Part shown: positions 62,536-64,000 of the stretch, piece after piece
Position numbering within the stretch: position 1 is the stretch's first letter
How the letters are laid out: each line of letters begins with the position of its first letter
NCBI GenBank assembly: GCA_963789395.1
Contig: CAWBKP010000011.1
Location: 96,001-160,000 of the forward strand
Direction of reading: 5' to 3'
DNA from: an uncultured delta proteobacterium
Lineage (GTDB): Bacteria > Desulfobacterota > Desulfobacteria > Desulfobacterales > Desulfatirhabdiaceae
DNA length: 64,000 nucleotides
Notes under the pieces: generated by a model
The model's database searches: none
Told to the model about the DNA's origin: nothing
Seen by the model: only the letters and a program-made list of their open reading frames with translations
Translations under genes and position numbers: made by a program

Positions 62536-63481
62536 ATGACTACTCGGACACTTCAGCGCCCGTTGGCCCTTGGCCGCATCGATTACATGAATGTGGCGCC
62601 GGTCTATTACGGAATAGACAACGGGCTTGACATGCAGGGAGATTACTTTGATCAGCAGCCCGCCAAGCACCCTGAACCAGATGATGATGGACGGGAGCCT
62701 GGATATCAGTCCGGTCTCATCGGCGGCTTATGCCAGAAACGCAGACGATTGGCTGATCCTTCCGGATCTGGCCATTGCCTGCCGCCAGCGGGTCCTCAGT
62801 GTTCTTCTCGTCAGCCGCTGCAACCTGGAGGCACTGACCGGCAGGCGCATCCTGATTACGGATGAATCCGCCAGTGCCAGGGACCTGTGCCGTCTTATCT
62901 TCAGCCTTAGAGGCGTCAGGCCGGAGTTTGTCGTGGGAAAGGTAAGGAGTCCGTCACAGCTGACAAATGATATCGATGCAGCCCTGGTGATCGGGGATTC
63001 GGCCCTGTCGCAGCCATGGGAACTGTTTTTCCCGAACATCTATGATCTGGGAACCCAATGGTGGCACTTGACCGGCCTTCCCTTCGTGTTTGCCGTCTGG
63101 GCTGTCCGGAAAGATTTTGCCCGGGAATACCCGGAAAGGGTGGAAGCAGTCCTTACCCTGCTGAAAACATCCCGCAGGCTCGGCAATGAAAATATGAATC
63201 ACATTGCCGAAAAGGCATGCATCAAACTGAAAATCGATGTTTCAACGGCGCGGCTATACTATGAATCCCTGGAATATGACCTGGCCGATCACGAAAAAAA
63301 AGGCCTTGAGCTGTTCTATAACGGCCTGTATCAGGCTGGAATCACTTCGGATGCCGCACCCCTTTCCTTTTTTGGGGCCGCCGCCTCGAACCCGGCATGG
63401 CGGACCCGGCTTTCTGACGTAGATCCCCCTGCCCGAAGAAGCATCAACCGGGGAATAGCGGGCTGCTGTCCGATGGTATAA
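62536..63481 (+). CDS. mqnA: Chorismate dehydratase, apparent frameshift near 62635
   Basis: LGRIDYMNVAP, PSTLN, VLSVLL, ALVIGDSAL, DLG..W...TGLPFVFAVW. Confidence 0.88.
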
Positions 63482-64000
63482 GCCCGCTGTCCTGTGCCTT
63501 GGAAAAGAGGGTTTCGATTGCACGGGTACCTTCCGTCCCGATATCCATGGAAAATTCGTTCACATACAGGTTAATATGCTGCTGAATGACGGCCGGCTCC
63601 ATTTCCTGTGCATGCTCTCTGACATAGGGTATTGTCTGATCCGGATGGGCAAAGGCAAAGGCAATGCTGTCGCAAATGGCTTTCTCCACTTTTTTGACGA
63701 TGCTCAGCTCCAGATTTCTGCCGACGGCAATACATCCTAAGGGAACCGGAAGCCCGGTCTGCTGCTCCCACCACACCCCCAGATCCAGAATGCTGACCAG
63801 GCCGTATTCCGGGTAGGTGAACCTGCCTTCATGAATGATCACGCCATAATCAAAGTTACCGTTTGATACTTCCGGCATGATCCGGTCAAATGTCATGGGA
63901 ACCGCCCTGGGCGGTTTGCCCAGATAAAGACCCGTCAGCAAACAGGCGGTGGTGTCCATTCCCGGAACCGCGATCACTGCATCATTCAGAGATGCGATAT
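63444..64000 (-). CDS. mqnD: 1,4-dihydroxy-6-naphthoate synthase, 5'-truncated by window edge
   Basis: IAVPG..TTA.LL, GVIIHEGRFTY, DLG.WW...GLPVPLG, AQEM, HINLYVNEFS. Confidence 0.9.
   Translation of the reverse strand, partial: IASLNDAVIAVPGMDTTACLLTGLYLGKPPRAVPMTFDRIMPEVSNGNFDYGVIIHEGRFTYPEYGLVSILDLGVWWEQQTGLPVPLGCIAVGRNLELSIVKKVEKAICDSIAFAFAHPDQTIPYVREHAQEMEPAVIQQHINLYVNEFSMDIGTEGTRAIETLFSKAQDSGLIPSDSSPLFPG

Noticed and set aside
1..64000. CRISPR array, prophage, transposase, rRNA or defence system
   Set aside because: No repeat-spacer periodicity or hallmark proteins recognised on manual reading

Overview
Gene-dense 64 kb chromosomal segment of an anaerobic Gram-negative bacterium; gene content and protein style suggest Desulfobacterota (inference, no database search run). 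In order: end of an anaerobic cobalamin operon (cbiG, cbiH, cobQ, cobU) running into an LPS cluster (lptFG, an AT-rich ICMT-family methyltransferase, waaA, lpxK, GT2, lpxL, two GT9, GT2) and a B12-dependent radical SAM gene; an accessory block at 16-25.7 kb (DUF3786, TfoX-N, PsiE, DUF1499, PNPOx-like, TudS-DUF1722, VOC, rhodanese-YceI, tandem CDP-alcohol phosphotransferase, atypical SDR); an acyl-CoA synthetase; a stand-alone Mo/W-bisPGD enzyme with an atypical Fe-S motif; three sensor kinases; uvrA, alaS, recA, thpR, a DUF39 homocysteine synthase and an M23 peptidase; kdsA-kdsC-lptCAB-rpoN-hpf-ptsN-rapZ-IIA, gap-tpiA-secG-tRNA-Leu; and a futalosine menaquinone cluster (mqnE, mqnC, amidohydrolase, mqnA, convergent mqnD). 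Many genes, including essential alaS and lptF, are split by single-base indels that most likely reflect sequencing/assembly error, so fusion and truncation claims are provisional. No CRISPR array, prophage, transposase or rRNA was seen. No new system is proven. The best leads are possible LPS methylation by the ICMT and B12-radical SAM genes, the two-domain CDP-alcohol phosphotransferase, the TudS/rhodanese-YceI cluster, the CxxxDHGGC Mo/W enzyme and a possible amidohydrolase-MqnA fusion.
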